NCBI GenBank assembly: GCA_951406725.2
Contig: OX597826.1
Span: 14,818,001-14,882,000 of the forward strand
Direction: 5' to 3'
DNA: 64,000 bases
From: Octopus vulgaris
Lineage: Eukaryota
Below, piece after piece: positions 1 through 13,612 of the stretch. The notes beneath the pieces were generated by a model, which was given only the letters and a program-made list of their open reading frames with translations, was not told the DNA's origin and did not search any database. The first letter of the stretch is position 1. Every line of letters starts with the position of its first letter. The position numbers and the translations under genes are program-made.

Positions 1-1312
1 TCACACCCACCTAAGAAGGTAAAACGATAAAAAATATTAAGATGAGTCAATCACATAATGACGGATCATAATGGAAAATTAATTTTTCTGTCGCCTTTAT
101 AAAATATATTTGACATTTGTTCAGAGATAGCAGTGAATGCCTAATATCTTGTATCAAAACACACCACTACGGTAGGATTATGTGGGCTGAAACTGAAGGA
201 CATCACACTAGTGCACATTAATTAATAATTCCCTTCTTAGATTCCCTCTCAGAAATATACACTTTCTTTCTTACCTCCCCTCATTAATACCCTATTACCT
301 GAATTTAATTACACCTCCTCTCGTCGCATTTCTTTCTCTTTCTCTCTGTTTCTCTCTCTTTCCCTCTTTCTTTATATCCTGTCTATAAGTTATATATAGG
401 GAATTCTATGTAGACACATCCATAAATTTCATTGGAAATATGTCATCTGAAAAAGGTAATGTTTAATATAAATTTAGTTCTTGCAGTTTGATGGTATAGG
501 TTTACTGTAATTAGTTTCCAATTCAAATAAAACGTATTCAGAAGACAGGACTAAGTCAGGCAGAACTAGTCAAAAAGTTCGAATCTTTGTTTTTAACTAT
601 ACTATATCAGCAGAGTAGTTCGCTGCTCGATGCGAAAACAAATATCGTACACAACAGAGCTCAAATTTTGTTACCAAGAAATTTTCTTTAATACTTCTGG
701 ATGTTTCAGTATATGGGGAAGTTTTTATCCATTTCTGACACTGTCCGTAATGTATAAATTCAAATTGCTGCTACCAAGCTTGGTATATGGGCATCAAGAA
801 TATGGAAGTTTATGATAGGTGATTATGACCATTCAGAATTTGCTGTGGAATTGCACTTAGTGAAGTAGTCATTGCAACAACCAAGGACCGAACCATTCAG
901 GAAAAAATAGTGAATTTTAGCTAAATGTAATAGGCTCCAAATTTCTGAAATATAGAATGTTCTCCGTGTCTTCAGCATGTAATTCACACGTGAATTTATT
1001 ATTTTAATCGGAAGAGTTGACTTTGTTTGAAACAGATGTAAGTAATTGCAGAAATCAGCAAGAATGCATCAAGAAAGGAAAAAGACCCTTCATAACCAAA
1101 TTCCAACCAAGTCTAAATATCTGTAGCAGAATAAGCAAGAAAACAACTACCACCAACGCATCTGCAAACTATGCTAAAGTTACCACAATGACTGCTAATA
1201 TACTAACGATTTCTACAGCCACTAACTGCCCACCTACCGCTGCTGCTACTTTTGCTAAAAGCCCTAGCTGTAGCCCCTTTCACTATCAGCCCCGACGGCT
1301 ACAGCTGCTGCT

Positions 1313-1679
1313 TTGTTTGTTTCTTTGTTTGTTGAGCGTCTCAGGACTGTCTGCAGTCCGAAACGTGGTCCTTTGCTATTCGTAAGACCAGAGAAGAGAA
1401 AGCAGGTCAACCCCCGAAAGCGAGAGCATCGACAGATGGATGAATGCGCATCCAGGCTCAGCGGTTGCGTAGGAAGTCGAGGACAAGAAACAGGAAGAAA
1501 GAGTGAGAGAAAGTTGGAGGGAAAGAGTACAACAGGGGTCGCCACCAACCCCTGCCGGAGGTTCGTGGAGCTTTAGGTGTTTTCGCTCAATAAACACACA
1601 CAACGCCCGGTCTGGGAATCGAAACCGCGATCCTCCGACCGCGAGTCCACTGCCCTAACCACTGGGCCATTGCGCCTCC
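1313..1679 (-). mobile_element. tRNA(Arg-like)-derived SINE, family A, tail type 1, full length
   Basis: Minus strand starts GGAGGCGCAATGGCCCAGTGGTTAGGGCAG...GGTTTCGATTCCC (Pol III A/B boxes) and ends in (CAAA)n. TSD tacagctg(c/t)tgct at 1300-1312 and 1680-1692. Head shared with 55467 and 59062. Confidence 0.9.
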
Positions 1680-2406
1680 TACAGCTGTTGCTACTTCTAC
1701 CCTGCAACAATCAGAAGGAGGCCAAGCACCAACATAATGGGACAATTTTGAATGATAAATTTAATTTATGATTTTTCCTTTTATTCCAGCTCGGCTAAAT
1801 CAACATCGTGATGCTACGCTATTCAAACACATAGCTTGTTTAGATAGAAATGTTTTAGATAGAAATACAAATACTTCCTTACTTTTTTCCTTAGAAACAT
1901 TCTCCGATCATTTTAACATATATATAAATTAAAATTAAAAATAAAGATTAAATAAAATTGAAAGTTAACATAGTAAAATCATAGATTAAAATTATGCAAA
2001 ATAAATTAAAATAATAAAAGAGACTATATAAAATATGTCTAAATATAGGATATGTAAATTATCCTCCACTAACACATAGGATACTCTTACTTTGGTTGCA
2101 ACTATTTTGTTGGTTTCCAATTTGGCACAAATGAAAATATAAATATTATCAGTAGTCATAAATGCATAGACACTACTGTGTAACTGCTACCACCGTCTGC
2201 GAGATTTTGCGCTTATGGTGATCGAAAAGTATGCTCGCTAATTTTGGGATACGGCCTGTAATATCGGTCGCACAGTAACTAGGATGAAATTTAAGAATTT
2301 GGAAAGAACACCTTGTTAACTACACCGTTGCTTCTCGGTGTTCAGCTACAATCAAAGTAATTGGCAAATAATCACAATAGATATATATCTGTGTGTGTAT
2401 AAGTGC

Positions 2407-2457
<51 letters not shown>

Positions 2458-2612
2458 GTCTTCGTGCAGGTGTTTATTTATGTCCCATAGTAATATGAAT
2501 TGAAAGTTTTGAAGGAGAATATTTTAGTATTTGTGTATATTTTCTATCTATCAATTTATCTATATAAATACATACATATATACATACGTTACGTACATAC
2601 ATACATACATAC

Positions 2613-2702
<90 letters not shown>

Positions 2703-2767
2703 GTCTTCTAAATGTTTCACGTTCTTGTCCCAGTTTGTATTTTTTTACTTTTACATATATATATATA

Positions 2768-2954
2768 CATCTCCATGATAGATTGTTAGCTACTACACAC
2801 ATACTTTCCTCTCCTTGTTTTTTCTGTGTCCCTTTCTGTAGAAGAGCGTAGGCTCGAAACGTAAAAGTCTTTTTCTATTCCTGAGCGTTATACGAATACA
2901 TCTGTTTGTTTTGTACACCACCTGTCTTCGTCTTTTATTTTTTTCGTAAACTCT

Positions 2955-2958
<4 letters not shown>
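2768..2958 (+). mobile_element. Short non-autonomous Penelope-like (pLTR-type) element, family P1, in (TA)n
   Basis: Near-identical to the reverse complements of 42718-42925 and 55084-55276. TA-rich repeat on both sides. Contains a hammerhead-like motif. Confidence 0.7.
2832..2867 (+). ncRNA. Minimal hammerhead ribozyme-like motif (U6 core variant)
   Basis: cttt-CTGTAGA-A-GAGC-gtag-GCTC-GAAAC-GTA-aaag: helix I cttt/aaag, helix II GAGC/GCTC, palindromic helix III ACGT. Confidence 0.55.
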
Positions 2959-3002
<44 letters not shown>

Positions 3003-3004
<2 letters not shown>

Positions 3005-3199
3005 TCAAACCAAACGATGACCAGCACCAAAGGGAGATAATCCCTACTGTTTATATCTATTGTTTCCCCCTCTATATTTTAAAGAGTATATAGGCCTTAC
3101 CCAGAGTAACCCTATAAACCGACCTTCGCCAGTAATTAATATAGACTACTCTACTTCTTAGAGCGGGGTTCTCCGGATTTATGTTTTTCTAAAATCACG
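3003..3199. mobile_element. Short repeat element between (TA)n tracts, family P2
   Basis: cccagagtaaccctataaaccgacc matches the reverse complement of 62107-62132. Flanked by (TA)n on both sides. Confidence 0.5.
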
Positions 3200-3215
3200 A
3201 TATATATATATATAT

Positions 3216-3440
3216 ACTCTTTTACTCTTTTACTCTCTTTTACTTGTTTCAGTCATTTGACTGCGGCCATGCTGGAGCACCGCCTTTAATCGAGCAACTC
3301 GACCCCGGGACTTATTCTTTTGTAAGCCCAGTACTTATTCTATCGGTCTCTTTTGCCGAACCGCTAAGTAACGGGGACATAAACACACCAGCATCGGTTG
3401 TCAAGCAATGCTAGGGGGACAAACACAGACACACAAACAT

Positions 3441-3507
<67 letters not shown>

Positions 3508-3551
3508 TACGACGGGCTTCTTTCTGTTTCCGTCTACCAACTCCACTCACA
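3216..3551 (-). mobile_element. SINE family B (CORE-like), 5' truncated, with internal (TA)n/(TG)n
   Basis: Tail GGCGGTGCTCCAGCATGGCCGCAGTCAAATGACTGAAACAAGTAAAAGAG shared with 8399, 19734, 26789 and 63194. Confidence 0.9.
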
Positions 3552-4204
3552 CTCTCTAGTATGAAAGGTCCCAACATTGCCATAACGATACAGGACCAGG
3601 TACTACAGCAGCTTGGGTTTGAAGGGCCCACAGCTTTTCAATATCCTCCCACAATGCCTGAAAGATCTACACGGCGTGGATATAGGCTTTTCAAAACAAG
3701 ACTAGATCTTCTTCGCTCAAGAGTTCCGAATGAACCTACCTCAATACAGAGAAAAAGAGAGAGAAAGATAATCACCTGATCTTGTCAGATGATAGCCATC
3801 TTACATGTTACATTTGACCCGATTGCTCTTATCGACCTTCAGTACTTACGCATATAGAATTGAAATGATGGTGAGATCTCTGAACGTCATGGGTTTTAAG
3901 TGACAGCAGCGTATACAACACTTTTGCCACTCTCTTGTTCTCCATAGTAGATTCCAGGGACAATCATTGGATCATGACTGATATCATTTTGACCTCAAGT
4001 TCTATTTCAAAAGCTTTCTCCTCAACTGCTAGAGAATTTGTCTTAGGGGAGCTTTCTCTACTGCTGGGTAATCTGTCTATATCCTTAGGTGGGACCCTGA
4101 CAGGTTTTACCGTACGGAATCAGAACGGACCTGGCAGTTATGGTAATTAAGGAGTGACTCCACGCTCCCCAGATTTCCAGAACACCAGAATAGTTTTATA
4201 CGCA

Positions 4205-4244
<40 letters not shown>

Positions 4245-5373
4245 ATACATATATAAATCAAGCTTCGGCACTACTAATATCTATCGTCAACACCAACCCA
4301 ACCAGCCAGTTCCTAAGCTGTTCCTTTTAAAATAAAAGACATTCATGTATGATAACGAAGTTTCTTGCTGTGATTAATTAACGAATGAAATTACTCTAAT
4401 CTTAGGTCAATGAGCTTTAGCTAAACAGTAACTAGAAAAAAAGAATAAACACGAAAGTTTGACTATCAACACTATTAACACTACCCACACCATCACCAGC
4501 GCCAAAACCAACATAGCCAACAGCACTACCAAACTGTAACAATTCTAAACCATAACAATAATATTCTTATAAAACAGAGCTATGTTCTTCTTTTAAACAT
4601 TTGACCCATTAAATACTTTTCAAAATTTAAAGGAAAAAAAAGAGAGAAATTCATAGAAAAAATATAATAATAAGAGAGAAATATATTTGAATAAATTCCC
4701 TCCTATCGAGACACGAGACCGAAGTGAGAATTTTCATTGTAAAATATGACTTTTATGCTATTCACAGCAAGCTGGCCAAACTTCAAGTGATATATGTACA
4801 TATATATTCAATTGAAAGGCATTTATCATTTTGAAGAACTATTTTGTAAATAAAAAATTTATCAACAATCAGCCGCGCGTGGTGGCTCTTTGCGGGAGCT
4901 TTTTGAAATTTGCAATGAAATTTTTGCAGGAAATGTCTACTGAATAATCAGAATCAAAAAATTATAATTTGTACTCGCGGTTAGAATTGATATATTTCAG
5001 CATCCCCTCGCAAAATAAATTTCCCTCATAAATACAAAGAAAGTCGAAAACTTAAAAAACAATTTTCATTAAATAGCGTTCTCACAGGTTTCTGATCACT
5101 ACAATATGCATGTTATTTTGGGGGATTTTTATGCATGCGTATATATATATATATATATATACACATACATACATACGTGTTTGTAAGTGTGAAAAGGAAC
5201 ACACGAGTTGGTATATATGGAAAAAACATTTCAGTACCAGTTTCAGTCATCCAGACTTTTTCAACTGTAAGTATGGGAAACAATTAAATATTGGAAAAAT
5301 TAAAAGAAAAGTTTTTTTTAAAAGACTATTTACATAGTGTTCAAATGCAAGTGGCATTTTCCTTGTTTCTGTC

Positions 5374-5446
<73 letters not shown>

Positions 5447-5866
5447 TACTCTTGTGGTTTCGAGGTCGCTGTGAATTCTTGGTAGGGAAGAAGAAGAAGA
5501 AGAAGAAGAAGAAGAAGAAAAGAAGGGAGAATAAGAAGGGATGTAGGTAGTATGATAGTAGTAAGGTGTTAAATGGACAAGTGACATAAAATAGGCTCGT
5601 TATGGATTATAGCAGTGATTGCGACTGTTTTTTAATGAATTCTTGGGAATCTCTTGATTTTATCATTTTTAATATTTGCGTGTCTATTTGTGTTGTTCTA
5701 AGGCCGTGGTGGATATGTCGTTTGCGGTAGACGCGTTCAAAAGTGGTCTCTATTTTGTAATAAAGAGAGTCTCTTTACTAATTCGTTGGCTACGGGCTAC
5801 AGAATTAGTAAAGAGACTTAACCAAGGTGTGTGGTTAAGCTGAAATTTCGCTTGTCATTAGGTAAA

Positions 5867-5899
<33 letters not shown>

Positions 5900-5902
<3 letters not shown>

Positions 5903-6199
5903 AAATAGGACAAGAACGCAAAACATCCAGATAGGTAGGTGATACAAAAAAGGGACAACAAAACATCCAAAGACGATACAAAGAAAACAATGTCGGATCA
6001 TTCGTAGTTTTCTTTCTTCAGTCAAGTTCCAGATTAATTTGCAATTTCGGCTGGTTATTTGCTCCAATCTGGCCAGCCCCAAGGAAAAACTAAGCTAAGA
6101 GCATTAGATTCCTTGGAAGAAAGCAGTGAATTTATGCTATTAAGTTAGACATGGCCTGGACCAATGTTTGGTCGAAACGTATCTAAGTTTATCTAAGTT

Positions 6200-6200
<1 letters not shown>
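5900..6200 (-). mobile_element. Short element between (TA)n tracts with degenerate hammerhead-like motif (P3)
   Basis: Bounded by (TA)n on both sides. Minus strand reads CTGAAGAAAGAAAACTACGAATGATCCG around 5995-6022; the core is degenerate. Confidence 0.4.
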
Positions 6201-6265
<65 letters not shown>

Positions 6266-6273
6266 AATGTATA

Positions 6274-6326
<53 letters not shown>

Positions 6327-6989
6327 ATATATATATGTGCGTGTGTGTGTATACACACACATATATATTCATACATACAACTGTATGAATTTGTATATTT
6401 AAATATCTGGATGTATTTGTACGTTTGTTTCTCAGCATACATACAGCGTGTGTGTCTGGAGATAGTGGGAGAGAGAGAGAGAGATGTAAGAACGAGTTCA
6501 CAATAAATATGGGTCAGTAATTTTAATCGTATGTATGTTGTATCCCTACCCACCAGTATCCAGCTGTGTTGACTACACACAACTGTTAAAAAATATTAAT
6601 TCCTTAATCTGGGCAGTAACTTACGATGTTCCTAAAGTTGCCCATTTTATGCGACCCTCTGGTAACATTTAATCATTTGTCTACCTCCCTTTCTTATTTT
6701 TTAAGTGTCATTCATCCACATAATACTAAATTTAGCCTTCCACACTCTGAAGATCTGGCAACGCATTTGGGTTATGCAATTTATATTATATAATTAGATA
6801 CGCTTTGTAAATGAAACTTGCGTAATGTTGTGTAACTGAATATTTTATAAACAACATCTTTGTTTTGTTTTGTTCTGTACAGATTGATAGGTATATAGAC
6901 AGTTAGACAGGCAGACAAATAGAAAAGCAGATAGAGAATAAGACAGACAGACAGACAGACAGGAAGGCGGGCGGGCAGACAGACATATT

Positions 6990-7022
<33 letters not shown>

Positions 7023-7025
7023 GTT

Positions 7026-7100
<75 letters not shown>
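6990..7100. repeat. (GATA)n microsatellite
   Basis: Direct reading. Confidence 0.95.
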
Positions 7101-7103
<3 letters not shown>

Positions 7104-7854
7104 GTTTCTTTATTAGCCACATAGACGGGACATATTACAAGGGAGAGCTTTTCTTTTTGAGGATAAAAAAAGGAGGTTTGGTTTTCGATCAAAAGGTATC
7201 GTAAAAGGAAAGAAAGAGGAAAGCAAAAAAAAAGGGAGGGAATAAAAATAAAAGGAAAAAGAAAAAATTATCAATAGGGATCGTTATCACAGAAATGTCA
7301 ATATAAAGAGTAAAAGGGAGGACAGGTGAGCTTTACCCGTGGAAAGAAAAGCCTACGGAAAAGACCACGGTAAACTCGGTCAATGAAGTCACATGTTTAT
7401 TTTTTTTTGCAAATAAGCAACACTCTGTATTAATTTTTACGGTTCATAGAATCATAGTCAAGGTGGCTTCGTCATTCATACGTGCCATCCTTGCTACATT
7501 CACCCATCTTTTTTTAAAACATTCACTAGACAAAACTTGCCTCTCTACTCTCACTTTCCTTTTCAAGTGATACTTGAAGAAGTTGATGAGAGATTGACCA
7601 GAGAGGAAAGTGTTTGTCTTTAATCCTTTCAGGCGCGTCCACCAGATACATTCTTTCGCCATAGCCACAAGTATGATGAAAATAGCTCTTCCTTCCCGTT
7701 TGAAGGAAGGAAGCGGGACGATATTAACGATAGACTCGGCTGATAAACCGACACGTCCCACACGAGACAGCAGTCGTTCGACATAACCCCACAGGTCGGA
7801 GATTGTTGGACACTGGACGATTGCATGCAGAGCGGTTTCGTCGCTCTGACCGCA
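7101..7854 (-). mobile_element. 5'-truncated L1/Tx1-clade LINE: ORF2 C-terminus plus 3' UTR
   Basis: The ORF 7444..8064 segment CGQSDETALHAIVQCPTISDLW...KECIWWTR is the C-terminal CCHC zinc knuckle of L1/Tx1 ORF2. Stop at 7444, T-rich 3' UTR, then AATAAA about 8 nt before (ATCT)n. (GATA)n on both sides. Confidence 0.85.
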
Positions 7855-7855
7855 T

Positions 7856-7931
<76 letters not shown>

Positions 7932-8398
7932 CAACTTGATAGATTGATAGATGAAGTGTATATGTGTTTTGATGTGCTGAAGCCATAAAGCAATTATTTG
8001 GTGGTTTCTCTAAATTCGAGAACAATTTTATTTTTCTTGAGTTTATCGCAAAAAAAGTATCCATATCTTACTTTTGCAATTCTCTTTTCTTTTGTAATAT
8101 TAACCGTGCGTAAAAGATGAAGGTATATATATAAAATATACATATATATATTATCGTGTGTAAAATTGTGTGCAACGTATTTTATGTATTACATATATAA
8201 TGTATGTATGTGTGTGGGTAGGTTTTGTGTGTGTATGCTTCTTGCGAGGTGTATTTCAATACATATGATTCGATGCACGCAGGCATATGGTTAATGGTGT
8301 GTAATGCGATACATGTTGTAATGGTATGCGTATTATGTCTGTATGTAATACAAGTATTACTTGTATATCTGTGTGTTTTAGGATGAACTTGTCTCTCT

Positions 8399-8614
8399 CT
8401 CTTTACTCTTTTACTCTTTTACTTGTTTCAGTCATTTGACTGCGGCCATGCTGGAGCACCGCCTTTAGTCGAGCAAATCGACCCCGGGACTTATTCTTTG
8501 TAAGCCTAGTACTTATTCTATCGGTCTCTTTTGCCGAACCGCTAAGTAACGGGGACGTAAACACACCAGCATCGGTTGTCAAGCAATGCTAGGGGGACAA
8601 ACACAGACACACAA

Positions 8615-8649
<35 letters not shown>

Positions 8650-8794
8650 CATATATACGACAGGCTTCTTTCAGTTTCCGTCTACCAAATTCACTCACAA
8701 GGCATTGGTCGGCCCAAGTTGCCACGCAGTGGGACTGAACCCGGAACCATGTGGTTGGTTAGCAAGCTACTTACCACACAGCCACTCCTACGCC
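8399..8794 (-). mobile_element. SINE family B, near full length (small internal deletion)
   Basis: Head GGCGTAGGAGTGGCTGTGTGGTAAGTAGCTTGC...GGTTCAGTCCC, CORE-like TTGGGC segment, (GTAAAAGA)n tail. Confidence 0.9.
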
Positions 8795-10583
8795 TATGTA
8801 TGTAACATATAGCATTAGTGTGCATCATATGTATTTGCATTTGTGACGTTTCTTCGTCCGCCAGCGCTAAAATCCAACAGACTGCACATGCATACGAAGC
8901 TACACTAGACGTACACAACTAATTATGCACATGCCTTATGTGTATCCTTTGTTGATTTTGTTTTTATACTCAGTTTACCATTGTTTAAACACCTCCTAGT
9001 ATTCTTCCTTTCATCTTTCGTTTCCTTCCCTTCTTATCCTTTCTTTCATCTCTCTTCTATTTCTTCTCCTTAACTTATTTGCTTTCTATGTAATCTTCAT
9101 TAGCAGAGTTCACATCAGAAGGTCAACCGAATATTCAACGCCCTTTCAATCCAGCAGGCAAGATGCATTTCAGTTGTTACGTAACTTTGATCTTTCATTT
9201 ACTAAAGGAAGTAATTAATAATACAGGCCTTAATCAAAATTTACTTGTGATGTTTTCAAGTCGTCGAAGGCATGTCCTATGTAGCCAAGTAAGAAATTAA
9301 CTTAAAAGCTCATTAAATGGATATGGCTTAATTCTTTCGTTTTAATTTCATTCTAAATCCTTTCAAAGTCTATCTACGTCAGTATTCTAAATATCATTAA
9401 AATGGTTGTTTAATGATGTTATTTCCGCTTGTAGAAGATGACCTTCAATGATAATTAGCGCTATATATGTTCGTGTTTGTGTGTGTATGTGTATACGTGT
9501 CTGTGTACGTGTGTGTATGTGTGTTCATTTATATATGCATGCATCTATAAGGTAAAAATAATAGATTATAAAAACTAGCGATATAGAAAACAAAGAGAGA
9601 ACAAAGTGTAATTGATAACGTAGAAGAAGTGGCATACTTAAATGTATCTTACTTAAATGTAAATCCTTTGTTGAAAGAAAAAATTGCTGAGGCACCCGTC
9701 CCCAGTGAACAACTTGTATGAAAATGCTATCTTTACGAATGTATTTTCCTTGGGAAGGAGAGAAAAAAATAGTGGTTTCTTTGGGCATGTAAATTCGAAC
9801 CTAAATCTATGGAATTCCCCTTTGAGTTACAACGGCGTTTTCTCACAGGAAAACAAACGTTGACACCAGTTACATTGAACACATGGTCTTGCCAAGCCGG
9901 TTTATGTCTTTTCCACTTGACCAGTTTGACCTCTTCTATACCACAAAAAATGGGAAATTTATAAGAATCACCTACTGCAGTCTTCCCCCATTGTTCCCTG
10001 AGTTATGTCTCTTTTTTCTCGCTGTTCTGCGATAATTATAAATACTAAGATCCCGTAAGGATGAGTTAGTTGGTGAGATGACTACGACCAGAGACATCAG
10101 CCATTATGATGCTCTCGCTAGCTCATAATTCCATGGAAAATGTCGTTTTATCTTTCCCCGCTGCTGCCTAAGTGACAGGGAGCGCGAAAGTATCATTCTG
10201 TCTTCTTTCTTCCTCCCTGTCACTCTGGCACCCTTTAAGAGCTTACTACTAAAAGCAACGTAAACACAGCACAAGATAAAAGGAGTTACCTCCATTTTGT
10301 TTTGATCGCTTTTTTGAGGATCTGGGATGAACCAAAGAAATTGACGACTTCGATCTCCAGCACTGGATTTTCAACCAATAAGGACTGACACACTCAAATA
10401 TCTTTGTAACAGCTATGCGCTTTGCACTCTAATGTTTTGTGGCGGCTTGTGCCGTGGGCTGAAATATATTATAACAGATTCGTGCTGTCTTTCATGTGAG
10501 TTTTGATATTTCTTTCTGAATATATAAGTGAATTATTACGAACTTGTTTGTTACATTTGCTGTTTTCCTTTCCTCTAAATCAT

Positions 10584-10677
<94 letters not shown>

Positions 10678-10738
10678 AGATGTACTCGCATAGCAAGTAA
10701 TTTGATCTGAGATCGTGTGCTGAAACGAAAACAATTGC

Positions 10739-11006
10739 AGCGTGGAAGGTGTTTATAAGCCATTTAAGAAACACACAAAAGCCGTTCGATTCACTTCAAC
10801 ATTTAAGTTTAATTTGTCAAAATATTTTCGTCGCTAAAATCCGCGACCTGTTCACTGACAAAGTCCGTGCTGCATCACGGACTTTGTCAGTGAACAGGTC
10901 GCGGATTTTAGCGACGAAAATATTTTGACAAATTAAACTTAAATGTTGAAGTGAATCGAACGGCTTTTGTGTGTTTCTTAAATGGCTTATAAACACCTTC
11001 CACGCT
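10739..11006. repeat. Perfect 131-bp inverted repeat with 6-nt loop (fold-back element P4) in (TA)n
   Basis: Arms 10739-10869 and 10876-11006, loop ctgcat. Single-arm homolog at 62411-62575. Confidence 0.95.
10883..10932 (+). ncRNA. Minimal hammerhead ribozyme-like motif with G3-C8 compensatory core
   Basis: tttgtca-GTGAACA-G-GTCGC-ggatttta-GCGAC-GAA-AATATT-T-tgacaaa: 7-bp helix I, 5-bp helix II, palindromic helix III. Mirrored on the minus strand at 10813-10862. Confidence 0.65.
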
Positions 11007-11007
11007 A

Positions 11008-11052
<45 letters not shown>

Positions 11053-12175
11053 GAGAGATGAAAATTGTTCCAGCCGCGGCTAGCAAGAACACCAGATGCT
11101 TTTCAGCATCGTTAAGCCTAGTCACTAGCATATACTTACACTCACCCAAATGGTTAGATATAAATTGTCACCTACAGTATGTAGGATGACAGTAAAATTC
11201 ATTGCCTTATCCTTAGGTGAAGATATGTAAGGTGGCCATCACTAAAACCTGGTCGCATAAATCAGTGGATGCAAAGATAGAAATAAAGAAACTGTAACTT
11301 CTCGTATCGCCATACAAGGAAGATTCATGAAAGTTACTATAGTTCATACACAACATTTAATGTCAAATCATTAACCCTTCAAATCTTCCTTGCTCTAATC
11401 GATACACACAGAATATCATTATAGAAAGCCATTTAACGAATACAATGTTAAATAACACTTTCATCAACAAGACGAAGAATATTTTACCCCATACAACCAC
11501 TGAGAGAAATTAGGACACCACCTTATGTACAAAACCCTCACTGAGAGATAACTCGATAGTGCGTTTTTTTTTTAGATACACTGGAAAGAGAAATGCGCTA
11601 ATATTAGCTAAATACAACCAGGAATTAAAAACAAACATCTTCAACTAAAACATGAAATGAAAATTATTGTACGATTAAGATCTTAAAAGAATGGAAAGTA
11701 AAAACAAAAAGAAAATTTATATATTTGTGTGTGCGTGCATGCATGTGTGTGTGTGTGTGTGTGTGCGTGTGGCATGCGGCATTATGTTAATTCATTATTC
11801 ACATTCCCATAAAATAATAAGTTTTAGTTTTAGTCAATAAAAACTTTCTCCTTGTTTGTTATATTTTTTGACAATATTTTACATATATTTACAATTTTAA
11901 ATGGTTAACCTTTGCTTTCACTTACTCTTTTCTCATCTTGTTTTCAAGTCTTTTCAAGTCTTTATACCAGCCATTTCCAATGATCCAAGCTTTTCATGTG
12001 TTCTTTAAGCCGCCGTATTTAATTAAGGATGCACAATAAAACAGAGTGCTAGGAAGCGTTCTACGGTTATTACTATTTCTGTGAATACAAATATTTCAAT
12101 TTATGTTTGAATGTTGGGTAAATTATTATGTTTAAACAATGGGTAAGCGTAAAAATGCAGCACCCGGTATATATA

Positions 12176-12700
12176 CAGGGTGAGGTTGGTAAATCGTCGC
12201 ATTTTATATCTTAAATTCGCGCATGTGCATTGTTTAGTTTTATTTTCTCCTTTACACAGTATAGTAGGGTCAGTTGGGCACCATCTATGAGAAAAACAGC
12301 ACCATGACGCAATTCACTCTGACAGAAATTTAGAAACGTCCTGCTGTACTGCTTGGCATTCGCGTCGGGAGCTCCAGTACGAACTGATGATGAACACACA
12401 AAACAACCGTTGGCTTGCAGTGTCCCAAAAACATATAATGAGTGATAAAAATCAGACATCCAGTCAACATCATGGTGTTTCAAGTGAACATTAGTGATGG
12501 CGACGTTATACCTCCATTAATCTTCCCACGCAGCCTCAGACTCAACATGGAGGTCTACCTCAAGTGCCTGGAGGAAGTAGAGCTACTCTGGGTCAAGATG
12601 CTGGCTGCTGGAAGACCCTGTCTGTGGCAAGAGTACTTTGCACCATGCCACACAAGCAAGAGAACCACATCACATCTAATATCTGGCCACCTAACTCCAA
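12176..12700 (+). mobile_element. Tc1/mariner (maT/DD37D-like) transposon relic: left end plus transposase fragment
   Basis: Starts TA|CAGGGTG. ORF 12442 reads HPVNIMVFQVNISDGDVIPPLIFP...GRPCLWQEYFAPCHTSKRT, then IWPPNS in another frame (cf. QQDSAPCH / WPPNSPD). Confidence 0.75.
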
Positions 12701-13199
12701 AAAACCCCGTTTTCGGATACGGAGATTCCGGAATTTTGCCGAAATTCCGCTTAGCAGACGATTCTCAAGACTAATAACGCAGTATTAGAGGTTCTAGCAT
12801 CGAATTCCGACGTTCATAAAACCTACAAATGTAGGAAATTCTACAATCCAACAGAAATTTATCGAAGGACTGATATACACCAAAACACAAACAACGATGT
12901 GGTTAAAGTGATAACAACAACAGGAATTTTCACTTCGAACACAGGGTTAACAAATAACACTCTTTGATTAGCACTTAGAATTTTCTTAAAGAATACACAC
13001 ACCCATTCTCTAGGAATTATACCCCTGTAACAGCGATTTCTCACATTCCCATTAACGGGAGATATATTTTATCAAATTATTACAATCATAAAATTCTCGC
13101 TGAGTAAATAAATATTGGTCTGATGAGATTCTTTCTCATGACAAGAAACAGTAAAAACGAGTGCGTGTGTGCGCGCACGCAGTGTGTGTATGTAGTGTA

Positions 13200-13214
<15 letters not shown>

Positions 13215-13295
<81 letters not shown>

Positions 13296-13401
13296 CATAA
13301 ATATATATATATTTATATATATAAGCATATATACATACATACAAACATGCATACATATATAAATACATGCATACATGCATACATACATACATGCCTATAT
13401 A

Positions 13402-13445
<44 letters not shown>

Positions 13446-13473
13446 CATACATACATACATATATCGAAAGAGG

Positions 13474-13521
<48 letters not shown>

Positions 13522-13545
13522 GGGAGAGAGATAGAGAGAAAGAGG

Positions 13546-13610
<65 letters not shown>
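13215..13610. repeat. Compound (TA)n/(TACA)n/(GA)n microsatellite
   Basis: Direct reading. Confidence 0.95.
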
Positions 13611-13612
<2 letters not shown>

